From Mantamonas sphyraenae STR306 (lineage: Eukaryota; Protista; CRuMs): a stretch of 64,000 nt of DNA. Positions within the stretch are counted from its first letter, which is position 1, and each line of letters starts with the position of its first letter. The notes below the pieces were generated by a model. That model was not told the origin of the DNA. It did no database searches and was given only the letters and a program-made list of their open reading frames with translations. Location: the NCBI GenBank assembly GCA_026936335.1, contig JAPMXV010000029.1, forward strand, positions 248,001-312,000, given 5' to 3'. This document shows, piece by piece, positions 48,501 to 60,264 of the stretch. Made by a program: the position numbers and the translations under genes.

Positions 48501-51500
48501 ATCCTTGAGCTTGAGCTCCTGGGGGGTGTAGGGAAGGCCGTTGTAGAGGCGTGCGGTGAGGTGGCCAAGGAGGAGGCCAGAGGAGCGGAGGCCGTGGGAC
48601 ATCCAATTGATGGGGTTTGTGAGGACGGAGCGGTCGTGGAGGACGACTGCAGAGACAGTGACCTTGAAGCCCCAGAAGACATTCATCTCGTCGGAGCGGA
48701 AGTGAAAGACGGCTGTGTCGCCGGACACGATGAGGGGCATGCGAGGCCATGTGCTTGCGGGGCCGCTGAGCGGGAAGGAGAGGAGAGGTTGGTTGCGAGC
48801 GTGGTCTCGGAAGAGCTGAAGGATGTCGCGTTGGTTCTCTGTGTCGCACTTGGGATCAAACTCGAGGCACAAGTGGGTTGCGCCTGGGATGTGTACGCTG
48901 ACCTCGTAATCCATGTCGTTGCGGTACTTGTGTGGAGATTCGACGACGACGGAGCGTCCCAGAGATTGCAGGGGCGCTTCGATGCTGTGGATGTCGTCGT
49001 CGGTGACGTGCAAGAGGGCGGACTTTCCCTTGCTCTGTGCAGTCTGCGTAGCGTCGTCTGTGGTGTCGTCGCCTCCTTCTTTGCCTTCCTTGTCGTCTGG
49101 CTTGACGGTGGACAGCAAGTCGCCCGGGACAGCGGCGCCCGCGGTCTGTGCAAACTGAACTGCGAGTTGGTACAGTGTGTCGTTCTTCTCGGACTGTGCG
49201 GCGCCGCTGTGGAGCTCGTTGTGCATGGCCGCAAGGAGCTGCTTGCGTTGATGTGTGAGCTCGCTTGTAGAGTTGTGATAGACCGAGATAAAGGCGTGGA
49301 GTTGGCGGCCAAGGGCAGCGAGGTTGCTTGGCAGGGCGTGTGCAAGCTGGTTGTGATGCTTGTGAACGCGGTAGAGCGAGATGAGTCCAACATTGAGTAG
49401 GGGCATGAGGAGGCCGAGAGGAGAGTTGCGCATGGCGTGTGCGAGTAGGAGGAGTGCTTCCTGTCGCTGCTTCTGCTGGGCATCCTCAGAGAGGGAGGAT
49501 GTTGTGTCGACGAGGTGTGCGTGTGCATGCTCGGTGTACTGCGCACACAAGGCGACGAGTTTGAGGGTGAAGTATCGGAGGAGGCTGTGGACGGGGCCGT
49601 TCTCATCGAGGCACAGGGCTGCGCGCGCGAGGAGGTCCTGTTGGATGAGGTTGAGGACCTGTGTGGCCGGTGTGAGAGCCTGAAGCTTGTCCATGGAAGA
49701 CACGGTTGGCAACAGAGCCTGGGCGCTCTTTGTGACGCGCTTTGAGCGTCGTCCGCCGCCGAAGCCGCCAGCGCCGCCAGCGCCAAACAAGCCTGAGCGG
49801 AAGCCTCTGTAGCTTCCCTGCAGTTGTTGTTGCTGTTGCTGCTGCTGTTCTTGCTGCTGTTGCAGGTAGACCTCACCTGCACGCCAGCCTCCTGCGATGG
49901 CATCTGTGTCCTCGATGACGTTTGCAGAGGCGAGCAACGTGTCTGTCTGGTCGTCCTGCTGGGGTTCGTGGACAAAGAGTTGATCCGTGTTTGAGGTGGA
50001 GGCAGTCTGGCCAAAGAATTGGGATGGGCCGTCGGCTGCGCTTTCAACCACTTGACGAATGGCGAGCAGGGTTTCTGAGGATTCCTGCGGTGACATCGTC
50101 ATGAGCTGCTCGACGAGGACCATGCTATCGGAGATGGTGTTTACAAGCTCGTCGTCGGATGCCTCCGAGGCGTCGACGAGTGCTGCATCCATGGCGCTGT
50201 AGACGGCATTGAAGAGGGCGGCATCGCTCTCGATGTCGTCGTTGGATGCAGCCATCTCGCAGGTGAGGGAAAACACAAATTCACGGACGCTTTCGGAAGC
50301 ACCTGCGAGGAGCTCCTCCATCTGCATGGCGGTTTCGGAGGACTCCGGGTGGGAGTGAAGGAGGTACTCGTGTTCAGAGTCTTCGGGCTGGGGTTCGAGA
50401 TCTTGGAGGGCCTGCATGAGTTGCTCCTCTTCAGAAGCATTGTCGTGGCCGGGAGAGGATGATGTGGCGAGGGCGGTGGGCTCGGTGGTGACGGTGGAGG
50501 TGATGGTTGCTTCACCATTGGCTTCAGTTGAGGTGTGGAGAGTGAGGAGATCGGAGGCGGCTTCTGCTTCGAGGTGGCGGCGGCGTCGAGCGGCCTTTTT
50601 CATGGCACGCGTCTTGGGCCCGGCGGACGAGGCCTCGCTGTCCGAGGCGAGAGCATGGAGATCGATCTGAACAATGTCGGGCGGGTTCTGGATGCGGTCA
50701 AGGCATTCTTGCAGGACATGTGAGAAGATGGCATCGAGGAGATGCTCTGGGACAAGCTCGGATTCGTGACTCTGGTCGGCGGAGAGGTCTTCGGGCTCGT
50801 AGTTGTCGGGAAAGTCGGATTCGACAAGTTTGTCTGAGCCGAGGGCTTCGAGCTTTGCGTTTTCCTGCTGTACGAGCTCGGCCTCAACGCGGTCAGCTTC
50901 AGCACGCTGCTCGTCTGTCTCTGGAGTGCCCTCCTGCTCGAGACGTTGGCGTGTCTCTTGGCGTTCGGCACGTCGTTTTTCGCGAGCAGTCTCGAGCTCT
51001 GCGTTAAGGGCCTTGCGCACCTGCTGGGTGTGCTGGATGCGCTGGAGGCTGACGACCCCCCAATAGGGAAAGGAGTCTGCAGCGGCGATGAGCTGGTCGA
51101 GCAGGGTCTTGTTCGCCTGCTGGGCAGCGGTGGGAGAGGCTGCGGAGGCGGAGGAGCTGCTGGAGCTGGAACTGGAAGAGGCGTGTGCGTCGCCGTTGTC
51201 TTGAGCAAGCGGGCCTAGGTGGGGTGCAAAGAGGTCTTGCAAGTAGTCCTTGAAGTATTGGAGGGCCTCCTTCTGGTGGGCAGGTCGCTCGGTGCGTGTT
51301 TGAATTCGCTGCGAAAGAGGGCCGGAAATCGAAAACGCCTGTGTCAGTGGGGTTGGGCCGTGGGCGACATGGAGTGCAGCGAGGGACGGGGCCTGTTGCG
51401 AGGGAGAAAGGGAATGCGTGGGGCACACAATGGTGCGACCATGCGCGTTTGGCAGGGTGGGAGGAAGGGACAAGTAGAGCGGAACGTGGCTGCTCACCTT

Positions 51501-52028
51501 TTCGCGAAGAGTTTGACGCAGGTAGGCGGTCTGCAGGACAGGCAAGCTGGTGAGCTGGGTTTCGACCAGAGAGCCGTAGTCGGAAGTGTCGTGGGACATC
51601 CACTGCAGCTGCTTGAGGATGTACCTGCAAGACGGATTGTGTGCGTGCGTGTGTGTGTGTGTGAGTGTGTGAGTTTGTGCTCAGAGGGCTGATCCGTCGG
51701 CAAGATGGCAGGCGCCCCTTGCGCTGCACATGGAGGGAACCTACTTGAGCTGGCGCTCGCTGCTTGCGAGGGGTGACTCTTCCACAAAGCCGATGGCAAA
51801 GGGCTGGTTGTCCATCTTGCGCTTTGTCTTTTCGTTCTTTGCAGCGACATCGGCCGGTGTGGGCTTGACCTTGCCCTTCTCCATGAGCTGCGTGTACATG
51901 GATGCAAGAGCAGAGTCGGAAAGGTGGAACCCGTCCGTCTGCAACGCTTGCAAGAGGTTGAGGTCGTCTGCTGCATTGTCGTTCAGCTGTTGACGGCCGC
52001 CGAGGCGGGCTGCAGAGTCCGTCGACAT
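39580..52028 (-). CDS. Giant HECT E3 ubiquitin ligase (HECTD4-like; ~4070 aa); introns 51625-51744 and 51393-51497, apparent -1 frameshift at ~43293
   Basis: C-terminal HECT (DAGGLFRD, FLRFVWGRSRLP, LPIAHTCFFQVELPTYSS). SPRY (YFELKI, GDVVGCG, YFTKNG, VNFGQSPF). UBA-like and UIM-like (LAAVLAASL) segments. Two CUB-like units (ESPHKY / ESAHPY...WGFKVTV). LamG-like domain. Confidence 0.9.
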
Positions 52029-52134
52029 GATTGGGATGGGCTGGCTGGGGGGGTGTGGGGGGCGGGTGTTTCGGAGAGCAAACACAAAGGATGCATTTGG
52101 GCGTGTGTGTGTGTATTTGCGCTTTGTGGTCCTG

Positions 52135-53520
52135 TCATCGACGCTTTGGTGTCGGGTGGACTACCCACGAGGAGAAGCTTGCGTCGGAGGCGGCGAATGA
52201 GTCGTCTGCTTCGAGGGCTTGGGTCTGGGTGTGGAAGCGTGTGTACGGAGTGGACGGCGAGGAGGAAGCGGTGTCGGCGTTGGAGGCGTAGGAGAAGGCA
52301 GAGAGGTTGGAGATGTCTGTGAGTGGATGCATCGGGGAGGGAGAGACTGTGGTGGTGTTTGTCGTCGTTGGCGTGGCCGTCGAGGTGGATGAAAGGCACG
52401 AGACATCCGCCAAGGCGGCGGGAGAGGAGCTTATGCTCGGGGTGTCCCAGGCGTCGTCGAAAGAGAGTAGAGACTGTGCTTGGCGGTACGGCGGGGACGA
52501 GGGAGTGTTGTTGTTGCTGGAATGGTTGGGCGATGCTTGCTTGTCGCTCTCTGGTGTCTTTAGAAACAAGAGCGCACCACGGTGGTCTTCAGGAGAGTTT
52601 GTGACCTGTGTGTGTGTGTGTGTGCTGGTGGAGTCTATGGACAGGAAGGAGGCGGACGGCTCGTCGGACCCAAGTTCTCGGGAACTGTCGCTTGGGTTTT
52701 CGTCGTCGTGCAGGTCGTCGTCAGATCGAAGAGAGTCGTCAAAGTGAATGTGTACTGCGTCGTCCTGAGAGGGAAGGGCCCGCTGAGGCTGGGAGCTGGA
52801 GCACTGGTGCCAGGAAGTGTCGAGGAAACTGTCGGTGTCGTTGTTTGCGTTCTCGGCGTCGTTCACTGCGTCGTCGAGGGCAGACGCATCGAAGGAGCAG
52901 GTAGTATCGTCCAGGCCGGCACATAGCCTCTCTACGTACTCGTAGAAAGTGTGTGCGCCGAGAGGCCCGTCGTCGAGGAGGATGGCGGCGGAGGCGACGT
53001 GTGTGGCAGCGTTTGAATTTGTGGGCCGCTGGCCCGAACGCGCGCTGGAGCTTCCTGGTCCCGAGCCCGAGCCCTCTGGATCGGTGGACCACGCAGAAGC
53101 GCAACTCTTTGGCAACTGGAGCTGTATGAGCCGGCCTGAAAAGTAGTCATGGAGCAATGGCGCACATTCGTCGAGAAAGGCGCGACGAACGACAAAGGTG
53201 TCGGCGGGCATGGCGTCCTGCGAAGCCAGATCGCGCTGGAGGACAGCCACGAGGTGGGAGGCCGAGCAAGCCACGACCTTTTGTGCAGCTGCGTCAAACA
53301 GGGTGACCTGGTGGCGACCAGAGGCGTGGAGGACGGTGAGGTTGAGGCAGTAGCGAAAGGCCACGCCGTGCGAGCGCTGGAAGCCACAGGTGTCACAGCA
53401 CATGGTCATGACACCCTGAAGGCGTTGGGGGGTCACCTTGCGCTTGCAAGAGCGACGTTCGCAAGCAGGATAGACAAACGTGGGGTGGGTCAGGGTTTCC
53501 ACCACCGCGTCGACCTGCAT
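52135..53520 (-). CDS. RPA1-C-type zinc-ribbon OB-fold protein with long disordered tail (DDIAS/noxin-like architecture)
   Basis: FVYPACERRSCKRKV...CDTCG...FRYCLNLTV...VTLFDAAAQKVV at the N-terminus, followed by an S/D/T-rich tail. Confidence 0.65.
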   Translation of the reverse strand: MQVDAVVETLTHPTFVYPACERRSCKRKVTPQRLQGVMTMCCDTCGFQRSHGVAFRYCLNLTVLHASGRHQVTLFDAAAQKVVACSASHLVAVLQRDLASQDAMPADTFVVRRAFLDECAPLLHDYFSGRLIQLQLPKSCASAWSTDPEGSGSGPGSSSARSGQRPTNSNAATHVASAAILLDDGPLGAHTFYEYVERLCAGLDDTTCSFDASALDDAVNDAENANNDTDSFLDTSWHQCSSSQPQRALPSQDDAVHIHFDDSLRSDDDLHDDENPSDSSRELGSDEPSASFLSIDSTSTHTHTQVTNSPEDHRGALLFLKTPESDKQASPNHSSNNNTPSSPPYRQAQSLLSFDDAWDTPSISSSPAALADVSCLSSTSTATPTTTNTTTVSPSPMHPLTDISNLSAFSYASNADTASSSPSTPYTRFHTQTQALEADDSFAASDASFSSWVVHPTPKRR

Positions 53521-53578
53521 CACTGGAAAAATGGGTTCAGTTGGGGGCCAGTGGGGACCCGCTGATGATCGAAGCTCT

Positions 53579-54563
53579 TCATTCCAGTTCCTCATCCTCC
53601 ACGTCGAGGACAGACAGGTTGAGCACTTCCACGGAGCCGCCACCCTTGGTGGTCGAGGCGACAAGCTCGTCAATGGCTCGGTACGACCCGGGGTCGATGA
53701 GACACTCCATCTGCAGCGAGCCGCCAGTCCAGTCCTCCTCCTCAATGGTGGCGACCAGGGGCTCGAGCTGGGTCTTGAGATCCTTGGCAAGCTTGCTTGG
53801 GAGGACTATGCTGATGCGCATCTGGGCCCGCTCGATGGGCAGCTCATCCTCATCCTGCAGCTGGCGAATGAGCTCGAGGGCTTGGGACTTTGCGCTTTTG
53901 CTTGTGTTGACGTTGAAGTGGATGTCCTTCATGGCACGCTCGATCATGGAGACTGTGAAGGGCCTGTTTGTGTCTGCGTTGACACATTTCGTGGCCACAA
54001 TGGAGGCGATCTCCTGAGTCATGGTCTCCTGGGCATTGAGGCGCTCCTTCTCAGAAACCTGCAGCTCTCCCTTTTCCAGGATGATCTTGCAGATCTCGTC
54101 CAGGTCAGTCGTGCCGAACGCCTTTTCCAAGTCCGCATTCTTGGCCGCAATCCCCCGCGACACGTTGCTGAACACGGTGTTGGTCTGCAACACTTCGTCG
54201 ATATCGTCTTGGCTGTGTGGGAGCGGGCAGGTTGGGGATGCCGGTCATGTTGGTCAGTCGAGGTCCATTGCTGCAAGGCAAGCGCATCGCGGCGGCAGCA
54301 GGTGGAATCCGCCTTCCGGGAAAACCACTCCGTGGGCTCCGCATGGGGACACCGGGTGGCAATGGGCCACGTGGAAAAGGGATGTGTGGAGACACATGAA
54401 GGGGGAAGGGCAGGATAACGTACTTTCCGTCGCGCCAGCTGACAACACTGTTCTTGTAGGCGGCGATTTCAAACCGCTTGCCAGAGCGCTTGAGGCGCAC
54501 AATGGCCACATTGGTGAGGCGTTTCTGGCCTACAGGCTGGAACCGTCCTCCTGTGCTGGACAT
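53579..54563 (-). CDS. SBDS: Ribosome maturation factor SBDS/SDO1; 1 intron
   Basis: [70 protein letters not shown]. Confidence 0.96.
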
Positions 54564-54611
54564 TTGCAAGTGGGCTTTTGTTTGTTTGCGTGTGGGTGCG
54601 CGTGCGCGGAA

Positions 54612-55964
54612 TCAGGTGGGGAAGAACACGGTCAGCGTGCAGTCCTCACGCACGCGCAGCTTGCCCCTTCCCACCGTGCCCATGGAGCAATTGAGCGTGG
54701 TCAGCCGTTCGCAGCTGTCCAACAGGGCCTGGACCGTTTCTGGCTGCAGGCCGGAGCCGCTGAAGAGGCTTGCGCTTTGCAACTTGCCGCAGCAGCCAGC
54801 AATTGCATGCACGTCCTCGTCCTCCAGCTCTGCAATGTCCACATGGAGATCTTGCAGGTTCCAACACACGCGTGCAAGTGCCTGCATGGACAGGTGGCCC
54901 ACAGAACCTTTGGGCAGCGAAGGCGAGGCCAGATTCCGCTGAATGACCTTCAGTTCGCGCAGTTTGGGCGCATGGCCGAGCACCTCGGCCATATCGTTGT
55001 CTGTCAGCGGCAGGCCGTTGCCAATGAGCACCTCGAGGGCAAGCTCGGGCAGCTCCGGAAGCTCGTCGCCCATCACGGATGTCACGCCGCTGCAGAATGA
55101 GATGTCGAGAAAGGTCAAGAGGGGACATTCACGTAGCAGGAACGCAACACCGTGCTGAATGTCACTCTGGTGGCGCAGGGACAGCCACTCGAGGCGTGTG
55201 CACTTGGCAAGCGCCTCCACACCCACATCCGTCACATGGGTGTGCTCGGGGGTTGTGTCCAGCTCCAGGATACGTAACGACTTGCACCATTGCGCCAGTG
55301 CCTGCAGTGTGGCGTCGCCTGCCTTGGTCACGCTGATGCGAAGCTCCTGCAATTGCGGCGCGGCCTGGGCGAATGTGGCCATGGACTTGTCATCCAAATT
55401 CTGCACGTAGTTGATGTTCAACGAGGTTAGACGTGGTGCGTGTGTGGACAGTGCGTTCAAGGCGTCCAGGACGTCGATGCGTTCGCAGTGGGCGATGTTC
55501 AGCTTGCGCAGCGAGCAGCCTTGCAGCACGTGTGTCAACCCAGCCACGGACACATTCTCGCACATGGCCATGTCCAATTCCTGCAGGTACGGGCAGTTCT
55601 CGGCCATGGCCCGACAGCCCTCGTCTGAAATGTCGTTGCTCTGGAGCAAATTGATCGAATTCAAGCCGGGCAAGCACAGTGTGATTTCTGCCAGCAATGC
55701 GTCATCCAAGCGCTTGCGGTACGGGAAAAAGGAAAAGTCGGACCAGAGAAACTCGTGTCGCAGAAGCTCGTTGAACCGGTGACACACCACGCGAGCGTCA
55801 AGCCGTTCCTTCGTCGACAAGAACTGGAACACGGCAAGCAGGACGTCGTCAGGCATGTCAATCAGGCTCCACTCGTCTTCATCATCCTCATCCTCCTCCT
55901 CTTGCTCCTCCTCCTCATCGTCCGTGTTGCGAAACGGCAGGCTGGTGCCACTCCTGTTGCCCAT
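54612..55964 (-). CDS. F-box/leucine-rich repeat protein
   Basis: F-box [17 protein letters not shown]...VVCHRF...LW, followed by cysteine-containing LRRs ([28 protein letters not shown]). Confidence 0.9.
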   Translation of the reverse strand: MGNRSGTSLPFRNTDDEEEEQEEEDEDDEDEWSLIDMPDDVLLAVFQFLSTKERLDARVVCHRFNELLRHEFLWSDFSFFPYRKRLDDALLAEITLCLPGLNSINLLQSNDISDEGCRAMAENCPYLQELDMAMCENVSVAGLTHVLQGCSLRKLNIAHCERIDVLDALNALSTHAPRLTSLNINYVQNLDDKSMATFAQAAPQLQELRISVTKAGDATLQALAQWCKSLRILELDTTPEHTHVTDVGVEALAKCTRLEWLSLRHQSDIQHGVAFLLRECPLLTFLDISFCSGVTSVMGDELPELPELALEVLIGNGLPLTDNDMAEVLGHAPKLRELKVIQRNLASPSLPKGSVGHLSMQALARVCWNLQDLHVDIAELEDEDVHAIAGCCGKLQSASLFSGSGLQPETVQALLDSCERLTTLNCSMGTVGRGKLRVREDCTLTVFFPT

Positions 55965-56152
55965 TCAGCTTTTGCCTTGGCAACTGCTCCGCTAGACTGG
56001 CAGGACGAATTCCCCATGGCCCGATGCGCTGCACATCCATGGTTTCCACCTTCAACAGCGGTCTCGCTGCGCCACAGATCTGTGTTTGTGCTGCAAATGC
56101 ACACCAAGTGGACATGATGAGCGCCAGGACGCCCAAAACAAAACCGGGCACG

Positions 56153-57786
56153 ATGTCGTACCGAGAGCTCCGCAACTTTACAGAAATCATGCGGGCGCTG
56201 GGCTATCGCCGTCTCATCTCCATGCAGAACTTTCGGCAGCCCAACTTTGACCTTGTGGCAGACATCCTCACGTGGTTGGTCGAGCGGTATGTTGGCGGCA
56301 AATGGCAGTGTGGCACAGGCAGAGTCGAAATCGACCAGACAACGTACGTGGTGAGGCACAAAACGATGATCCTCTGACACCCATCCTGCCTTCTCCTCTC
56401 CTTCCCGTTTGGCCCGCGTTGCGTTGTTTCGTTTTTGCAATCTGCACGCAGATACGACCCGAACTTCAATGTGCCGAAGGAGCTGGACCTGGAGGCCGAT
56501 CGAGTCCACTTTGTGACGCAGATCTGCCAGTACATGCTTATCAAGGCCCACCTGAAGATCAACCCGAAGAAACTGTATGCAGCACAGGCGCACTCGGTGC
56601 GTGAGATGCTCAAGATTGCCCAGGTGCTCTTTGAGGCCATGGAGTCGACCAAGCAGGTGCGTAACCGTTTTTTGGCGCGCCAATCCACCTCCCGCAGCAG
56701 CACTTGCTCACACAGCGCACTCGGTTCCATCTTACGCCGCCGTTCCATTGCGCACAGTCCTCGTCCTCGTCCTCGTCGTCCATTTCGGACGATGCTGGGG
56801 CCTCGTTGGCCATCAGCACAGAGCGTGTGCAAGGGGCAAAGGAGGCGAAGAAACTGGCCGGTGAGATCACAAAGTTGGGCGCGGAGCTGTATTCGCTGCT
56901 GAAGCACGAGCCGGATGCATACGACATGCGGCAAATGGTCACGCGTCGCCATTTGCCCACCGACATGGTGGCCAAGCGCATCCGCAGCAACGTGCAGCGG
57001 CTGGAGGGAGAGGTTGCCAAGGTACAGGACCAGATGGACAAACTGGCCAACGACCAGGCCAACATGGAGTCGCGCATTGCCAAGAAGCGCGAGCAGTTGC
57101 AATACGACGAAAACAGGCTGCGGAATCTGGAGAATGTGCGGCCGCAGTTTATGGACCAGTACGAGAGCTTGGAGAAGGAGCTGCGCACGCAGTACGCGGT
57201 GTACCTGGAGCGCTTCCGCAACCTGGAGTTTCTGGAACACCAGCTGGACGAGTACAACCATCACGAGGAGGCCAAGATCCAGGAGCACAACAAGAAGATC
57301 TCCATCATGCAGCAGCGGCTGCGGGAAGAAAACATCCGGGTGCTGAAGAGCGGCGCCACCTACGACGAGGCCATCCATGAAGGCGACAGGCACAACAACG
57401 CAGGTGGCGGGATGGGCGACCAACGCGTGCCTCCGCCTCGCGCACAGTCTCGCGTGGGCCGCAGGAATGAGATGCCGCAGCACCAACAACATCAACAACA
57501 CCAACCACACCAGCACGGACGACCCGGCGGCGCAGGCCCCGTGGCCACACACGGCTCCCTCGCCGCAGCCGCCAATTTCGACGACGACGAAACAGATTCG
57601 TCGGACATTTCCACCAGTGATGAGGACGACGAGGCCGTGCACTACCACGACCGCGACGACGAGGACGACCTCGACACGGACGACCTGGACGACGAGGACA
57701 TCGACGACGACACGGGTTCCATCGATGATGGGTTTGACACAGAGAGCACCACCGATGAGGATGAGTTTTCCGACGGTGGTTTCTGA
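56153..57786 (+). CDS. CLUAP1: Clusterin-associated protein 1 / IFT38 (IFT-B); 2 introns
   Basis: [72 protein letters not shown]. Acidic tail. Confidence 0.95.
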
Positions 57787-57870
57787 CCGCGGCAGAATGT
57801 GTGCAGTGCGCCGTTTTCGGCAAAAAAACAAACACCCCATTGTTGCGTTCTTCTCCAGCCCCAGACCCAA

Positions 57871-58711
57871 ATGTCGGCCAGGAAGCAACAAGAGAGCAAT
57901 CTACTTTCCAAAAAAGTGACAGGCGTGCGGCAGACCTCTTCGTGGGACTGTGGTGTGGCGTGTGTGGCGACACTGGCTGGTTTGTGCGCGGAGCTGGACT
58001 CCTCATTCACAGCCCCGTCCCTCTCTTCCCTCAAGAGGGGCCTTGACGTCAAGAGCGTGTGGACAATCGACCTTGCACATTTGCTGCACTCCATTGGACT
58101 TGAACAGTGGGAAATGCACACCACCCACGCTGGCGTGGACGAGTCGTACAAGGTCCGTTTGCGGCGTGTACACCTGCCGCCCTCACTGCATCCAGACACG
58201 ATATGACACACACGCCTTCCCCAATGCCCACTCAATCCTCTCACAACTGCACTGCCCTGCACATTCGGCCTCGAACCCCAGCATTTTTCCTACTACGCGG
58301 CGGAGATCGACTCGGACGAGAAGCGGGTCACCAAACTGTTCAAGGAGGCCAGCGAGGCCCAGTGGCCCGTGTACGAACACAAAACACTGGACATGGATTG
58401 GCTGTTGGATCAGACCTGTGACGACAAGACGGGTGCAATGGTGGCGCCGGTGATCCTGCTCGTCGATGCAAACAAGCTGACCTGCACGTCCTGCACGCCC
58501 TCCACATCCTGGTTCGGCTGGATGTCCTCCACATCGACCTCGTATTGTGGCCACTACGTCCTCCTTCTCGACTACGATCCCGACACGCAATACTTTACGT
58601 ACTTCAATCCGGCCAGTTCGGCGTCCCTCTGCTACGCCGGGTCGTCTGACCTCAGCAAGGCCTGGAAGGCTTCGGGCACAGACCAAGACACCCTAATTTA
58701 TCGCTTTGACG

Positions 58712-58745
<34 letters not shown>

Positions 58746-58764
58746 TCGCTCGGAAAGTCCATGA
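57871..58764 (+). CDS. GUCD1: GUCD1 family (C39 peptidase-like fold) protein; 1 intron
   Basis: QTSSWDCGVAC, SVWTIDLAHLL, TTHAGVDESYK|HFSYY...DEKRV, YCGHYVLL, YFNPA, ASGTDQD. Confidence 0.88.
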
Positions 58765-58769
58765 AAACG

Positions 58770-60170
58770 CTAGAGGTCCACCTCTTCATTCGCTGCTGCC
58801 AATCGCACCACATGCTTTCGCTTTTTGCCCAGCCCCAGCAGCACCACGGAGCCACCGACCACATCTGCAGCGGCTACACGCTGGTGGATGTCTTCCACGC
58901 GTGCGTTGTTCACGTACAGGCCTCCGTCAGTGACGAGTCGCCTCACCGCCGCCTTGGACAGGCCGTCGACGGCACGTGCCACGACGTCCACGACGGGGCT
59001 GTCGAGCACGTCACTTGGTTGCAAGGTGCTTCCGGGCACGTGTTCAAACAGGGCAGCCCACTCGTCGGAGCTTGCCTCCACGTCCTGCAGCTTGGTGGCA
59101 CCAAAGAGCACCCGTGTGCCCAGTTGGGCCAATTTCAGCCCGGCTGCGCCGTGGACCAGACTCGTGACACTGTCAGCGAGGGCCCTCTGCGCCACACGCT
59201 CCTCCGGTGCTTCTGTGTGTTTGGCCATGACGTCCATAATGCTCTCCAGCGGCTGCAACGTGAGAGCGCAAAGCAGCCTGTGAACGTCTTCGTCCCGAGC
59301 CTGCATCAGGAACTGGTACAGTTCGAATTCACTGGTTTTGCTGCGGTCCAACCACACTGCGTTTCCTGCGCTCTTGCCGTACTTTTCACCCGACGCCGTT
59401 GTGAGCAGCGGGATCGTGACCCCAAACGCAGGTTCGCCACGCTCCTCGGCGACGCTGCGTTTGAAAATCAGGTCGCAGCCCGCAGTGATGTTGCCCCACT
59501 GGTCGGCACCTCCCAGCTGCACCCTGCAGCCGTGGCGCCGGTACAGATACTCAAAGTCCGCCGCCTGGAAGGTCTGGTAGACAAACTCGGTCAACGACAG
59601 GCCATCCTCGTTGTCCAGGCGAGAGCGCACACTCTCCTTGGCCAGCATTTGGTTCACTCGAAAGTGGATGCCCACGTCGCGGATGTACTCGATGCAATTC
59701 ATGGGGCCGTACCACTCCATGTTGTTCACCACTTGCAGCCCCGCCTGCTGCTCTGCCGCAAGACCCTCGGCCTCCTCTTGCGCACTCGCGTGTGCAAACA
59801 CTCGCTGAAGATCCGCGCTGATGCCATACACATTCCGGTGCACCTCCTCTTCGCTCAGCAGCGCACGTTCGCTGTTGCGTCCAGACGGGTCGCCAATCAG
59901 CCCTGTTGCCCCGCCCAACAACGCCACAGGACGGAACCCGTAGTTCTGGAACCGCTTCAGCGCCACCAAACACGCCAAATTGCCCACGTGGAGCGAGTCG
60001 GCCGTCGGATCGATGCCCAGATACACGCCCGGGCGCTCGTTCGTCGGCGTCGCTGCAAGCGTGCCCACGTTCCACCTGTGCACAAACGTATCAAATGCCT
60101 CGCGATGCGTCACCGAATGCAACGAACCACGCGCTTCCAACACCTGTTTGATGCTGACCCGGCCGCTCAT
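58770..60170 (-). CDS. Bacterial/mitochondrial-type tyrosyl-tRNA synthetase
   Basis: YLGIDPTADSLHVGN, GGATGLIGDPSG, EFVYQTFQAADF, QLGGADQWGNI, KYGKSAGNAVWLD, C-terminal S4 domain. Confidence 0.95.
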   Translation of the reverse strand: MSGRVSIKQVLEARGSLHSVTHREAFDTFVHRWNVGTLAATPTNERPGVYLGIDPTADSLHVGNLACLVALKRFQNYGFRPVALLGGATGLIGDPSGRNSERALLSEEEVHRNVYGISADLQRVFAHASAQEEAEGLAAEQQAGLQVVNNMEWYGPMNCIEYIRDVGIHFRVNQMLAKESVRSRLDNEDGLSLTEFVYQTFQAADFEYLYRRHGCRVQLGGADQWGNITAGCDLIFKRSVAEERGEPAFGVTIPLLTTASGEKYGKSAGNAVWLDRSKTSEFELYQFLMQARDEDVHRLLCALTLQPLESIMDVMAKHTEAPEERVAQRALADSVTSLVHGAAGLKLAQLGTRVLFGATKLQDVEASSDEWAALFEHVPGSTLQPSDVLDSPVVDVVARAVDGLSKAAVRRLVTDGGLYVNNARVEDIHQRVAAADVVGGSVVLLGLGKKRKHVVRLAAANEEVDL

Positions 60171-60264
60171 TTCTGCAGGGAGTCACACTACGGGAGGCGA
60201 AAAAAGTGGATGGGACGTCGCTGCTCGCGTCGCTGTTCTACAGTATTGTTCTACTCATGGAGCA

